Positions 24,403 through 36,210 are shown, counted from the stretch's first letter. The stretch is DNA of 64,000 nt from Vicugna vicugna (GCA_013265495.1 MU058065.1:2581003-2645002); one strand, 5' to 3'. Notes: a model not told the origin generated them from the letters alone. A program made the numbers and translations.

Positions 24403-27400
24403 ATGGCAATAAACACACATCTATCATTAATTACTGTAAATGTTAATGGACTAAATGCTCCAGTCAAAAGACATAGAGTGGCAGACTGGATAATAAAGCA
24501 AGAACCTTCAATATGCTGCATACAAGAGACCCACTTTAGGGAGAAGGACACATATAGATTGAGAGTGAAAGGATGGAAAAGGATATTCCATGCAAATGGA
24601 AAAGCCAAAAAAGCAGGTGTTGCAGTACTGATTTCAGACAAAATAGACTTTAAAACAAAGGCCATAAAGAAAGATAAAGAAGGACATTTTATAATGATTA
24701 AAGGAGTGATACAAGATGAAGATATTACACTCGTTAATATATATGCACCCAATATAGGAGCACCTAAGTACATACAAGAATTACTAACAGAGATAAAGGG
24801 GGATATTGATGGGAATACAATCATAGTTGGAGATTTTAACACTGCATTAACATCACTAGACAGATCTTCCAGACAGAAAATAAACAAGGCAACAGAGAAA
24901 TTAAATACTACAATAGAAAAACTAGATTTGGTGGATATTTTCAGAGCTTTACACCCCCAAAAAATAGAATATACATTCTTTTCAAGTGCACATGGAACAT
25001 TTTCCAGGATCGATCATGTACTTGGACACAAAAGAAACCTCAACAAATTTAAGAAGATAGAAATTATCTCAAGCATCTTTACTGACCACAATGCCATGAA
25101 ACTGGAAATCAACAACAGAGAAACAAAGGAGAAAAAAAGAAAAGCATGGAGATTAAACAATATGTTATTGAAAAAACAATGGATCAATGAGGAAATCAAA
25201 GCTGAAATTAAAAAATACCTTGAGACAAATGATAATGAAAGCACAACCACTCAAAACCTATGGGACACAGCAAAGGCAGTGCTAAGAGGGAAGTTTATAG
25301 CGATACAGGCCTTCCTCAAAAAAGAAGAACAATCTCAAATAAACAAGTTAACCCACCACCTGAATCAATTAGAAAAAGAAGAACAAAAAGCCCCAAAAAG
25401 CAGCAGAAGGAAGGAAATAATAAAGATCAGAGAGGAATTAAATACAATAGAGATTAACAAGACCATAGAAAAAATCAACCAAACCAAAAGCTGGTTTTTT
25501 GAAAAAGTAAATAAAATCGACAAACCTCTGGCCAAACTCACAAAGAAGAAAAAAGAGAGAGCACAAATTAGCAAAATAAGAAAGGAAAATGGAGAAATTA
25601 CAACAAACAAAATAGAAATACAGAATATCATACGAGAATATTATGAAAAACTATATGGAACCAAACTGGATAACCTAGAGGAGATGGACAAGTTTCTGGA
25701 AACATACTGTCCACCAAAACTGAATCAAGAAGAAACTGAACACTTGAACAATCCGATCACTAGAAAGGAAATAGAAATAGCAATTAAAAACCTCCCTACA
25801 AATAAAAGTCCAGGACCGGATGGCTTCACCGGGGAATTCTACCAAACATACAAAGAAGAACTCATACCAGTCCTTCTCAAACTCTTCCAGACGATTGAAA
25901 AGGAGGGAATACTCCCAAACTCATTCTATGAAGCCACCATCACCCTGATACCAAAACCAGGCAAAGACACTACAAAAAAAGAGAATTATAGGCCAATATC
26001 ACTGATGAACATAGACGCCAAAATCCTCACCAAAATTTTAGCAAATAGAATCCAACAACACATAAAAAAGATTATACATCATGACCAAGTGGGGTTCATC
26101 CCAGGGACACAAGGCTGGTTCAACATACGCAAATCAATCAATGTAATACATCACATCAACAAGAGAAAGGACAAAAACCACATGATCATCTCAATCGATG
26201 CAGAAAAAGCATTTGATAAAATTCAACACCCATTTATGATAAAAACTCTCGCCAAAGTGGGTATAGAGGGAACATATCTCAACATAATAAAAGCTATATA
26301 TGACAAACCTACAGCCAGCATAGTTCTCAACGGTGAAAAACTCAAAAGCTTCCCACTAAAATCTGGGACAAGACAAGGATGCCCACTATCACCACTCCTA
26401 TTCAACATAGTCCTGGAAGTCCTAGCCACAGCAATCAGGCAAGAGAAAGAAATAAAAGGGATCCAAATTGGAAAAGAAGAGGTAAAAGTGTCATTATATG
26501 CTGACGACATGTTACTATATATAGAAAACCCTAAAAGGTCCACAAAAAAGCTACTAGAGCTGATCGAAGAATTCAGCAAGGTAGCAGGTTACAAAATTAA
26601 TGTTCAAAAATCAGTTGCCTTTCTTTACACTAACGATAAATCAACAGAAAAAGAAAGTAAAGAAACAATCCCCTTTAAAATAGCACCCAAAGTAATAAAA
26701 TATCTGGGAATAAATCTAACCAAGGAGGTGAAAGAATTATACACAGAAAACTATAAACCATTGATGAAGGAAATTAAAGAAGACTTTAAAAAATGGAAAG
26801 ATATTCCATGCTCTTGGATTGGAAGAATCAATATTGTTAAAATGGTCACACTGCCCAAGGCAATCTACAGATTTAATGCAATCCCTATCCAATTACCCAG
26901 GACATATTTCACAGAACTAGAACAAATCATAATAAAATTTATATGGAACCATCAAAGACCTAGAATTGCTAAAGCATTACTGAAGAGAAAGAAAGAGGCT
27001 GGAGGAATAACTCTCCCAGACTTCAGACAATACTATAGAGCTACAGTCATCAAGACAGCATGGTATTGGTACCAAAACAGACATATAGACCAATGGAACA
27101 GAATAGAGAGCCCAGAAATGAACCCACAAACTTTTGGTCAACTCATCTTCGACAAAGGAGGCAAGAATATACAATGGAATAAAGACAGTCTCTTCAGCAA
27201 ATGGTGTTGGGAAAACTGGACAGCAGCATGTAAAACAATGAAGCTAGAACACACCCTTACACCATATACAAAAATCAACTCAAAATGGATTAAAGACTTA
27301 AACATAAGACAAGATACAATAAACCTCCTAGAGGAAAACATAGGCAAAACATTATCTGACATACATTTCAAAAATTTTCTCCTAGAAGAAATAAAAGCAA

Positions 27401-28200
27401 GAATAAACAAATGGGACCTAATGAAACTTACAAGCTTCTGCAGAGCAAAGGAAACCAGAAATAAAACAAGAAGAAAACCTACGGAATGGGAGAAAATTTT
27501 TGCAAGTGAAACCGACAAAGGCTTGATCTCCAAAATATATAAGCAGCTCATACGACTCAATAAGAAAAAAATAAACAACCCAATCCAAAAATGGGCAGAA
27601 GACCTAAACAAGCAATTCTCCAAGGAAGACATACAAATGATCAAAAAGCACATGAAAAAATGTTCAATATCACTAATTATCAGAGAAATGCAAATCAAAA
27701 CTACAATGAGGTATCACCTCACACCAGTCAGAATGGCCGTCATTCAAAAATCCAAAAATGACAAATGCTGGAGAGGCTGTGGAGAAAGGGGAACCCTCCT
27801 ACACTGCTGGTGGGAATGCAGTTTGGTGCAGCCACTATGGAAAACAGTGTGGAGATTCCTCAAAAGACTAGGAATAGACTTACCATATGACCCAGGAATC
27901 CCACTCCTGGGCTTGTACCCAGAAGGAAATCTACTTCAGGATGACACCTGCACCCCAATGTTCATAGCAGCACTATTTACAATAGCCAAAACATGGAAAC
28001 AACCTAAATGTCCATCAACAGGTGACTGGATAAAGAAGATGTGGTATATTTATACAATGGAATACTACTCAGCCATAAAAACCGACAACATAATGCCATT
28101 TGCAGCAACATGGATGCTCCTAGAGAATGTCATTCTAAGTGAAGTAAGCCAGAAAGAGAAAGAAAAATACCATATGAGATCGCTCATATGTGGAATCTAA
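24403..28200 (+). CDS. ORF2: LINE-1 ORF2p: APE endonuclease, reverse transcriptase, C-terminal cysteine-rich domain
   Basis: 1265-aa uninterrupted ORF. EN motifs NVNGLN, QETH, GDFN, SRIDH, TDHN. RT motifs SPGPDGF, QGCPLSP and YADD (26497-26508). [18 protein letters not shown] knuckle at 27766-27819. Confidence 0.98.
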   Translation: MAINTHLSLITVNVNGLNAPVKRHRVADWIIKQEPSICCIQETHFREKDTYRLRVKGWKRIFHANGKAKKAGVAVLISDKIDFKTKAIKKDKEGHFIMIKGVIQDEDITLVNIYAPNIGAPKYIQELLTEIKGDIDGNTIIVGDFNTALTSLDRSSRQKINKATEKLNTTIEKLDLVDIFRALHPQKIEYTFFSSAHGTFSRIDHVLGHKRNLNKFKKIEIISSIFTDHNAMKLEINNRETKEKKRKAWRLNNMLLKKQWINEEIKAEIKKYLETNDNESTTTQNLWDTAKAVLRGKFIAIQAFLKKEEQSQINKLTHHLNQLEKEEQKAPKSSRRKEIIKIREELNTIEINKTIEKINQTKSWFFEKVNKIDKPLAKLTKKKKERAQISKIRKENGEITTNKIEIQNIIREYYEKLYGTKLDNLEEMDKFLETYCPPKLNQEETEHLNNPITRKEIEIAIKNLPTNKSPGPDGFTGEFYQTYKEELIPVLLKLFQTIEKEGILPNSFYEATITLIPKPGKDTTKKENYRPISLMNIDAKILTKILANRIQQHIKKIIHHDQVGFIPGTQGWFNIRKSINVIHHINKRKDKNHMIISIDAEKAFDKIQHPFMIKTLAKVGIEGTYLNIIKAIYDKPTASIVLNGEKLKSFPLKSGTRQGCPLSPLLFNIVLEVLATAIRQEKEIKGIQIGKEEVKVSLYADDMLLYIENPKRSTKKLLELIEEFSKVAGYKINVQKSVAFLYTNDKSTEKESKETIPFKIAPKVIKYLGINLTKEVKELYTENYKPLMKEIKEDFKKWKDIPCSWIGRINIVKMVTLPKAIYRFNAIPIQLPRTYFTELEQIIIKFIWNHQRPRIAKALLKRKKEAGGITLPDFRQYYRATVIKTAWYWYQNRHIDQWNRIESPEMNPQTFGQLIFDKGGKNIQWNKDSLFSKWCWENWTAACKTMKLEHTLTPYTKINSKWIKDLNIRQDTINLLEENIGKTLSDIHFKNFLLEEIKARINKWDLMKLTSFCRAKETRNKTRRKPTEWEKIFASETDKGLISKIYKQLIRLNKKKINNPIQKWAEDLNKQFSKEDIQMIKKHMKKCSISLIIREMQIKTTMRYHLTPVRMAVIQKSKNDKCWRGCGERGTLLHCWWECSLVQPLWKTVWRFLKRLGIDLPYDPGIPLLGLYPEGNLLQDDTCTPMFIAALFTIAKTWKQPKCPSTGDWIKKMWYIYTMEYYSAIKTDNIMPFAATWMLLENVILSEVSQKEKEKYHMRSLICGI

Positions 28201-28281
28201 AAAACAAAAACAAACAAAAACAAAGCATAAATACAGGACAGAAATAGACTCATGGACAGAGAATACAGACTTGTGGTTACC

Positions 28282-28310
28282 GGGAGGGGGGGGGTAGAGG
28301 GTGGGAAGGG
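28282..28310 (+). other. G-rich tract in L1 3'UTR (potential G-quadruplex)
   Basis: GGGA-G(n)-TAGAGGGTGGGAAGGG provides at least 4 G-runs. A poly-purine G tract is a known L1 3'UTR feature. Confidence 0.7.
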
Positions 28311-28547
28311 ATAGACTGGGATTTCAAAATTGTAGAATAGATAAACAAGATTACACTGTATAGCACAGGGAAATATACACAAAATGTTATGATAAATCAC
28401 AGAGAAAAAAATGTGACAATGAGTGTGTATATGTCCATGAATGACTGAAAAATTGTGCTGAACACTGGAATTTGACACAACACTGTAAAATGATTATGAA
28501 TCAATAAAAAATGTAAAAAAATGTTCAGTTCTTTGTATATCAATTAT

Positions 28548-28750
28548 GTAAAGAAGATGTGGTACATATTTACAATGGAATACTACTCAGCCATAAAAAG
28601 AATAAAATAATGCCACTTGCAGCAATATGGATGGACCTGAAGACTGTCATTCAAAGTGAAGTGGGCTGGAAAGAAAGAAAAATGCCGTATGACATCATTT
28701 ATATGAAGAATCTAAAAAATAAAAATAATAATAATAAGGACACAAATGAA
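28548..28750 (+). mobile_element. Diverged L1 fragment (end of ORF2 and start of 3'UTR), truncated at both ends
   Basis: aagaagatgtggtacatatttacaatggaatactactcagccataaaaag closely resembles 28033-28200 of the intact L1 but is frameshifted. Confidence 0.85.
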
Positions 28751-29536
28751 CCAATTATTACATTGATTTCTTGAATATGTGTAAGCACATTTGACTGTCC
28801 TTTATGATTGGATTACCTCATTCAGTTGTTTCTTACTTTGTAGTTGACTTTATTTCTTTGATAACTATGTAAGTTTAAAAAGCTAAAGATCTAATCTGTT
28901 CTTAGAAACAATAATTAGTACATATATGAAAATGAAAAAATGTGCAGTATACTGTTTATATGTATTTACATGCAATATAATATGTATGTGCAGTCAAACT
29001 GTAATAATTCTACATAATAAAACTGGAAAAAAAGAAAAAGAAAAACAAAAACAAACAAAAAAGAAGTGCTGAAAGAGGGAGATGAAAATAGCATTTTTGT
29101 TTTTTAGATATTTGTATTCATATATTTCTTCAGAATATTAAAAAGTATTATCATTTGAAAAAAATTATGTCTCAATACAACTGTTTAAAAAAATCAAAAG
29201 TAGCATATGCATTATTATCTATCTTGCCCTTTTAACCTTTCAGTATATATTGGAATCCACTTGTACCCATTCATAAAGCTCTTTTTTTAATATAGCTGCA
29301 AAGTACTCTGTTATGTGGATGTACCATATTTGATTCATTGAATATTTTGAACTATTAAATATTTGGATTCTTTTCAACCTTTTGCAGATGTACATGATAC
29401 CTCAAGGAATAACACTGTTTTCATTGTTTCCTTTTGTGGAGATACGCCTTCAAGTAAATTCCTACCATTGGTCATAGAGTAAATCCATGTGATTTTGTAA
29501 GATGCTGCCAACTGCCCAGCTTAGGTGAGTACCATT

Positions 29537-29889
29537 AATTTTGGGGACATACATATTTTGCTGAAGTATAGTCAGTTTATAATGTTGTGTCAGTTTCTTG
29601 TGTACAGCATAATTCTTCAGTCATACATGAACATACATATATTTGTTTTCATATTCTTTCTCACCATAAGTTACTACAAGATATTGAATATAGTTTCCTG
29701 TGCTATACAGTAGGACCTTGTTGTTTATCAGACTTTGTGAGAATCCTCCTGTATTTCAAAGTGAGAGACACTCTGCCAGAGTTCAGTAGGTGTTCTGTGC
29801 AATTCAGTGGGTCTGTAGATATAATTCTTGGTTTATTTGTGGAGAGGACAGGCTGTGAGTCTCTCTACTCTGCCATCTCGGTTGGAAAC
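29537..29889 (-). mobile_element. Bipartite mini-L1: ~160 nt 5'UTR joined to ~190 nt 3'UTR, TSD-flanked
   Basis: Minus strand starts ccgagatggcagagtag (L1 5' terminus, YY1-like) and continues into ataaacaacaaggtcctactgtatagcacagg, homologous to 28341-28490. TSD aggtgagtaccatt (29523-29536) / aggtgattatcatt (29890-29903). Confidence 0.75.
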
Positions 29890-30624
29890 AGGTGATTATC
29901 ATTTCATACAGCCATCGGCAACATGTGATGATTGTGTCTGTCACCCGAAACCTTGCTAGCAGGTTGTTTCTCAGACTTTTGCTGTTTGCTAATTTGAGAG
30001 AAGAGACATGGTATCTCTGTGTCGTTGTGTTGTGCATTTATTTTACCATAAGCAAAATCGGGTATCTTTTCTTGCTTACATGCCCATATGTGTGTCTTTT
30101 TTTCTGAACTGTATGTTTATGCCTTCTGTCCATTTTGTATGTTTCTTTTTTCTCATTTTTAAGAGTTTATTTATGAATTAAGATTAGTCCATTGTCTATG
30201 TGGCAAATATATTTTTCCTGTTTGTAATTTGGTTTTTACTTTTCTGACTAACTTCTTCCATGCAAAAAGTTTTATTTTAGATTTCGTGATTGAATTTATC
30301 AAGTTTTTTCTTCCTAATTTTGAGCTTTCTCTTCCTTTTAATGGGGCCCCAGGACCACTCTGTTTTAATTACGCCGGCTGTATATTGTGTTTTAATCTAG
30401 CAGAGATTGTTTCCACTCATTGCTCTTATTTTTTAGGATCTTCCTAGATTTTCTTGAATGGTTAAAACGCATGTAAACTTTAGAAACAACTTTTTTAGCT
30501 CCAAAAAAAGTGAACTCTTAATTTAAAAAAATTTGAGATCTCATTAAATTTATATACTACTTTGGGAAGACTTGACAGGTTTGTGATGTTGAATGGGTTT
30601 GTTCAAGAACAAATACATCTTTCT

Positions 30625-30813
30625 AAAAAAAAGAATAGATGGGAATTGCAAATACATGAGATTTCTCTTAAGAGAGAACCAAGCTTAGTAACGTGATAAA
30701 TGATGCAAACTCAGAGACATTTGCAGTCCCCTTTATGAGAGAACTAAGAGATAAGCACCTGAAAGCTGCTGGGTAACTGCTTGTATGAAAAGGAAATCCA
30801 TACAGAAAAAAAA
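30625..30813 (+). other. TSD-flanked, A-tailed insertion of unknown origin
   Basis: Direct repeats aagaacaaatacatctttct (30605-30624) / aggaacaaagatatctttct (30814-30833), 17/20 identical. A-run at the 3' end. The host L1M reads through when the insert is removed. Confidence 0.6.
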
Positions 30814-31894
30814 AGGAACAAAGATATCTTTCTGCTGGTTCCAATCTTATTTTGTGTTTTGGGGAGAGTATTTTAAAGCCTTTTTATTCTGGGTTTTTCA
30901 AATTTATTGTTCAACTTATTTCTTCTTCTTTTTTGAACTATTGTAAATAAAGTCTGCTTTTCCATTATATGTTCTAGCTGGTTATTGTTTGTGTATATGA
31001 AAGTTATTAATTTTTTTTGCTAGTTTTATATCCTCCAAGTTTACTGAATTCTTTGCTGTTTTTATTAGTTTTAGCATTGTTTCCATTTTTTTCCCCAGAA
31101 CCCTATTTCATCATCTGCACAAAAGAAATAGTATTACCTCTTCCTTTCCAATTTCTATAATTCTCATTGCCTATGTAGTGTGTTTTTATTTTTATTTTTA
31201 TTTTTTGCTTGTTTGAATAGCTTCTCATGATGGAGCATAGGCTTTCAGTCTACTTCAATCCCTCCACTCTCTGCTGCTACACTCAGCCTGCTTCTCTCGT
31301 TTCCATTGCCTGGCTCCTGGAGATGTTTGAATTCACGACCCCTGTTGGGGTTAACAGCCTTGATATGACTTGAGTGGCTGCTGCTGCCCTTACAGCATCA
31401 TTGTGCATTTCTTCCATCTGTGGGAGATTAGGGGGCTGGGGCGATGGGGGTGAGTCAGTGCCGTAAACTGGATTAGCCTTGGAGAAGCTGACTATTCACT
31501 AAACTCTTTAGGGATGGATTCTTCTGAGAGGGAGATAAGGGAACCAAAATTAAGCCAGAGAGACTGGAAGCAAATGTCAAAACCAAAGGAGCAAGAACAA
31601 GCTAATAGATGAGCGATAGTCAGGAATAAGGGCTCAGACAATGTTGGATCAAAATAGGAGCAGGCCAGAAATAGGCAGGATGATTTCATTACTTACAGGT
31701 AGGTGTTTGTGGTTTACTTTTATGAGCCAGTGAATGCCTGGATGTGCGGGCATATAGGGCTGATTACAAGTCTCAAGTTCAAAATAGATAATGGTCATCA
31801 CTGTGAAGATTTTAATATTGAGTTATAAATGCATTCTAGAATTTTTTTCTGGCTTCTTTCCTGAGACCAAGGTCATAGAATTTTCCCTTTAGAT

Positions 31895-32090
31895 AAGCAT
31901 CATCTATAATTTTTCTGTAATGAAGAAAATGTTTTATCATCTGTCTTGTCCAAGAAGGTAGCCACATGTGGCTATTGAGCATTTAATACATTTCTAGTGC
32001 AACTGAGGACACTGACTTTTTAACTGTATTTCATTTTAATTGATCTAAATTTAAATAGACAGTGTGACTAGTGAGTGGCTACTGGGTTCG
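31895..32090 (+). mobile_element. MER3 (hAT-Charlie) DNA transposon remnant
   Basis: ggtagccacatgtggctattgagca...gcaactgagga...aaatttaaatag...gtggctac. Confidence 0.8.
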
Positions 32091-32108
32091 TCTCTAGAAA
32101 CTTATATT

Positions 32109-32232
32109 TTTTTCGGGGAGGGGAGTTGGTAATAGGTTTATTTATTTATTTTATTAGTGGAGGTACTGGGGACTGAACACAGGACTCATGCATGCCAGGC
32201 ATGCACTCTACCACTGAGCTACACCCTCCCCC
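32109..32232 (-). mobile_element. tRNA-Ala-derived camelid SINE (vic-1-like)
   Basis: Reverse complement GGGGAGGGTGTAGCTCAGTGGTAGAGTGCATG...GTTCAGTCCCCAGTACCTCC has A and B boxes and a (TAAA)n tail. Imperfect TSD gaaacttatatt / gaaccttatatt. Confidence 0.88.
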
Positions 32233-32667
32233 TGGAACCTTATATTCTATAAAGACAAAGGGTACAAATGCATGGCTTGTGGATGCCTGTGACTTCAGTT
32301 CTGTGCCAGCCATTGGCAGCATGCATGAAACACTAATCTGAGCTCTCATTTGTAAGCAAAAATAATAATAATAATAAAACAATAATTTGTAAGAGAATGT
32401 AGCATTTTACATTTTATTAAGCTCTCTCATAATCAGCTTATGTTACACCAAATGCTCCTGAAAATTATGATGATCCATATTCCATAGACAACGAAATAAG
32501 TTTAGAAAAACTGTGGAATAACTTAGCCAGAGTCATGAAATTATTAGTTTCAACTGTGTGGCTTGAACCACAAGTCTTTTGATTCCAGGCTTAATCTTCA
32601 TTCCATTACACAAAGGTGCATTTTCCAGCTGTGCACAAATGAGTTATTAAAAGTATGCTGCTGTTAC

Positions 32668-33212
32668 AGTGTTAAACACACACTTGCCAAATAACCTGGA
32701 AATTCCACCCCTAGATATTTACTCAAGAAAAATTAAACCATATAGTCAGTCACACAAAAACTGGTACATGGACGTTTATAGAAGCTTTATTCACAATTGC
32801 CAAAAACTAGAACTAACCCAAATGACCTTTAACTACTTAAAGGAAGAACAAATTGTGGTACTTTCCGGTAATGAAAAACTACTCAGTGATAAAATGACCC
32901 ACTGATATATGCAAACACATAGAGAAATCTCAAATGAATTGTTAAGTCAAAGAAGCCAGACTCAAAGGGTTACCTACTCCATAATTCCATTTATCTAATA
33001 TTCTGGATCAGAGCAAAGCTATAGGGAAATGGAACAGATCAGTGATTGCCAGAAGCTGGGGGTGGGGCTGACTACAAAGGTGCATAAGGAAATTTTATTC
33101 TATATCTTTATTATGGTAATAGTTATACAACTGTACACATTTGTAAAACTCATAGAAATGTTTCCTAAGTGAGTGAATTTTACTATATGTAAAATATACC
33201 TCAATAAATCTG
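32668..33212 (+). mobile_element. L1M (MB/MC-like) 3' end
   Basis: aattccacccctagatatttactcaagaaaa...agaagccagactcaaa...tacctcaataaa. Confidence 0.8.
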
Positions 33213-33669
33213 ATATATGCATAATATACATACATATATATATATATATGTGGTATGTTAACACCCTTCTTAGGCTGGTGTTGGGAAAAAGAAGCGGGGA
33301 ATAAGATTTGATCAGACATAGTCAGGACCGGAGCAACTGGTCTGGGGCAATTGGCCAACAATCTAAAATGCAATTGCTAAGGTGATGTGACCAGATTGCC
33401 AAGAATGCAGATCAGGTGGCTTGTGGGCCCAGCCATGAGACTTTTAGGACAGTGATGACACTCAGGTAGAATCTTCTTAATGGGGAATAGGAATGACTAT
33501 ACCTCTTGGTTAAAATGGGGTTCAACCAACCTCAGGAACCAAAAGAACATGGTGATGTCTCCCCTGGGGTTCACACCCTGTTCTGTGACCCCTAGGGAAG
33601 ACATCACCACATGTCCAGGTCCATTCCAGATCATGAGACCAAGGCAGGACTCCACTCATCACACTTTGG

Positions 33670-34075
33670 ACATCTTTCTGTTTTTGCCATATGTCAAAAT
33701 TGTTTCTGCCTTGGTTCCTTTGCACTGGCTTTCCCCTCTGCTTAGATCACGCATGAATAGACCTTCACTGATCAAGTTACCCAAGTTCACCCCCACCTAC
33801 TCTCCTTTCACATTACTTAGCTTGATTTCTTCATAGCACCTATGAGTATCTGAGATTGTGTATTTGTTCATATCTGATGTATGTGTATATATATGTATGC
33901 ATATATAAATGGATGGATGGATGGATGAATGGATTGATTTATTACCTTTATTTACTGGCATGCAAACTTCATGAAAAATGAGATTCTATCTCATTCGCTA
34001 TTGTATCCTCAGCCCATAGCTAAATGCCTGACAGTGGTTGATGCTCAATGAATAATCATTGAAAGAATGAATGGA
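33670..34075 (+). mobile_element. L2 3' remnant
   Basis: cctttgcactggcttt, ttcttcatagcacc, tgtatcctcagccc...gatgctcaatgaataatcattgaaagaatgaatg. Confidence 0.7.
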
Positions 34076-35839
34076 TTGTCTCAGAAACTGGATGGGACTG
34101 AGTTAGCTTGTTGCATGAAACTGGCATGGCTGAGCAGGAAGACTTACAAGCTTCAATAATTGTACAATTCCAGCTGGTGTGTAATTACAGATCGAGTTGA
34201 GCATCTTTATTCTGGCATTCTTTGCTGAAAAGCAAGCATGATGGCAGAAGGCTGGCATGGCATTTGATCCCAGTGTGTCCCTGTTTCTGTAACCAGTACT
34301 CGTTTCCCCAGTGTTTCACACACAGACGTTGTTCCTCTCGGGACTAGGGGTGTTTCATAGAGGTGCTTCTGTTCTTTCTAACATTTGCTTGTCCTCCTGC
34401 TGGTGCTCATCTTGGTTGCTAAGATAGTTTCTATGGCAAAGGCTCACCAGCTAAGAGAGGATTACATACAGTAAATATTTTAAACAGATGAACTTGGCAC
34501 AGGAGCAGCTGTTTGTCACCAAGCAGAAGGCAGCAGTGTACTGGGATCAGATTGGCAACTTAAATAGTACTTTAAACCTTTTCTATGAGATACAATGACC
34601 AGCTTTGAGTTTTTTTGGCATTGGCATTTGCAGTGAAAAATAACTGAAGACCATCCACAGTGTGTGTGCATTTAAGAATATTCCAATTTACTGAAAGGAT
34701 ATATAGAAGCTATTTTACAAAATGGAAGGTTGGCAGACATTTTACAATAAAAAGATGATGTAAAATCAGCTGGAGTTTTGCTACTGATTGCTTGAAAGTG
34801 AGACTCCTGTCAAACTTCAGATCCTAAGAAATGTTACAGGGAAGAAATGTGGAAAGGCTTGGCTTGGCTTGGTGGTTCACCTTGCCAATCAAAGGTTAGG
34901 TTCTTTTCATCTAGCATAGGGACCTTGAAGAGTTTTCAACCAATTTCACTGACAGCTGTGGTCATCAGATAGTCTTTAAAGCCACAGACTATCTTCCTAT
35001 TTTCCTCTATAAAATGGAAATTATAGTCTTTACCGGCCAATTCCATATATTCCTCCCACCGTTGCTAGAAGCCATTTATACATTGGCCAGATAACCGTTT
35101 TTGGTACAGAAAGTGAAGCTAATTTAAATTAATATTAAAAAAAGTGCAACTTGGTGATATTTAAGTATTCAGACCTTACGAAATCCTTAACTGAAGCTTG
35201 TACATACATAAGCTAGCTCTCACCTTCTCTCCATTTCTCTTTCTTTTTTCTTTCTTTCTTTTTTTTTTTTTTTACAGTATTGAAATACAAGTCGCTTTCT
35301 TTGTGTCTTACAGTCTCTTTAGGAATCTTCTAGCAATTTCTGGGACCTTTAGTTACCCCCTTCTTCTCTTATTTCAAAGAGTTATACTTTAACCCCAGTT
35401 ATATGAGGACATAAAGAACAATTGCTTAAATTCAGAGTTCTCCAGCCCATTGCAAGGACAATATATGTTCTCCTTTTCTTTATTCATTTTTAATCAACAA
35501 ATATTTTTTGATCACTACCACGTGCAAAACAACTGTGGTGGGCGTTACAGCAGACAAAGGCAACTGAGATGGCTTACCATGAATGCACGCTCCAGCAAAT
35601 TTTGAAAAATACCCCTAGCACTCAGTGTACTTTTTAATCCTTCCAGGATTTCTTCCTGCAACTTCCCAGGTTTACTGCAATCTTCTATAGTATTATGTTA
35701 TGACACAGTATGCATGCCTGTGTGTGCACGAATAAGTGTCAAGTTGTATTTTGAGTAGAGTATCCAAGGAAGATGGGAATCAAAGATTATCTCAGTCATG
35801 CTTCTGACTTTATTTCTGATCCTGGGTTTATATGAATTA

Positions 35840-36210
35840 TAGAACATCCATTCTACAAAATGCAATATAGCTACTTGGAATGAAAATGCAAGTGTATATT
35901 TAATGATGTGAAATATGTACTTGCTTTATTGTTGAGTGAAGAAAAGTAAATTATAAAATATATTTCATGGTGATTCCATTTGTGAAAAAGAATATATATA
36001 TGTACATATGTACATGTATGTGCATGAAGAGAGCATATTACATTTACATGTTTATATGTACACATTTATATTTCCTAAGATAAGCCTAGAATATTACAGA
36101 TAAAATGTTAATAATGGCCATCACTGACAGGTAGTTTCACAGAACATTAAGATTTTTCTTGCCATTCTCCTCCAAGAAATTTCCACAATGAATGTGTATT
36201 TTGCATAATG
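35840..36210 (+). mobile_element. L1ME-like 3'UTR remnant
   Basis: ttgttgagtgaagaaaagtaaattataaaa, tgattccatttgtg, aatgaatgtgtattttgcataat. Confidence 0.5.

Larger units (their letters stand above)
22227..28520 (+). mobile_element. Near full-length young LINE-1 with both ORFs intact
   Basis: Canonical layout: CpG-rich 5'UTR, ORF1, spacer, ORF2, 3'UTR with G-tract, AATAAA (28503-28508) and short A tail. TSD aaatatgttcagttct (22211-22226) / aaaaatgttcagttct (28517-28532). Left target reads tt|aaat, resembling the L1 endonuclease TT/AAAA site. Confidence 0.97.
29100..31200 (-). mobile_element. Ancient L1M (L1ME-like) ORF2/3' remnant with nested insertions
   Basis: T-rich antisense L1 motifs, e.g. 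tggatgtaccatatt, gtttgctaatttgagagaagagacatggtatctc, ttacctcttcctttccaatt. Confidence 0.65.

Noticed and set aside
23204..27698. Several 65-202 aa minus-strand ORFs opposite L1 ORF1/ORF2
   Set aside because: Hydrophobic F/L/S/I-rich antisense shadows expected from the A-rich L1 sense strand; no recognisable domain.
32160..32232. tRNA-like sequence as a true tRNA gene
   Set aside because: SINE tail, TSD and degraded stems show it is a SINE head.
34415..34440. RFX X-box-like motifs (gttgctaagatagtttctatggcaaa)
   Set aside because: Imperfect matches with no supporting context.
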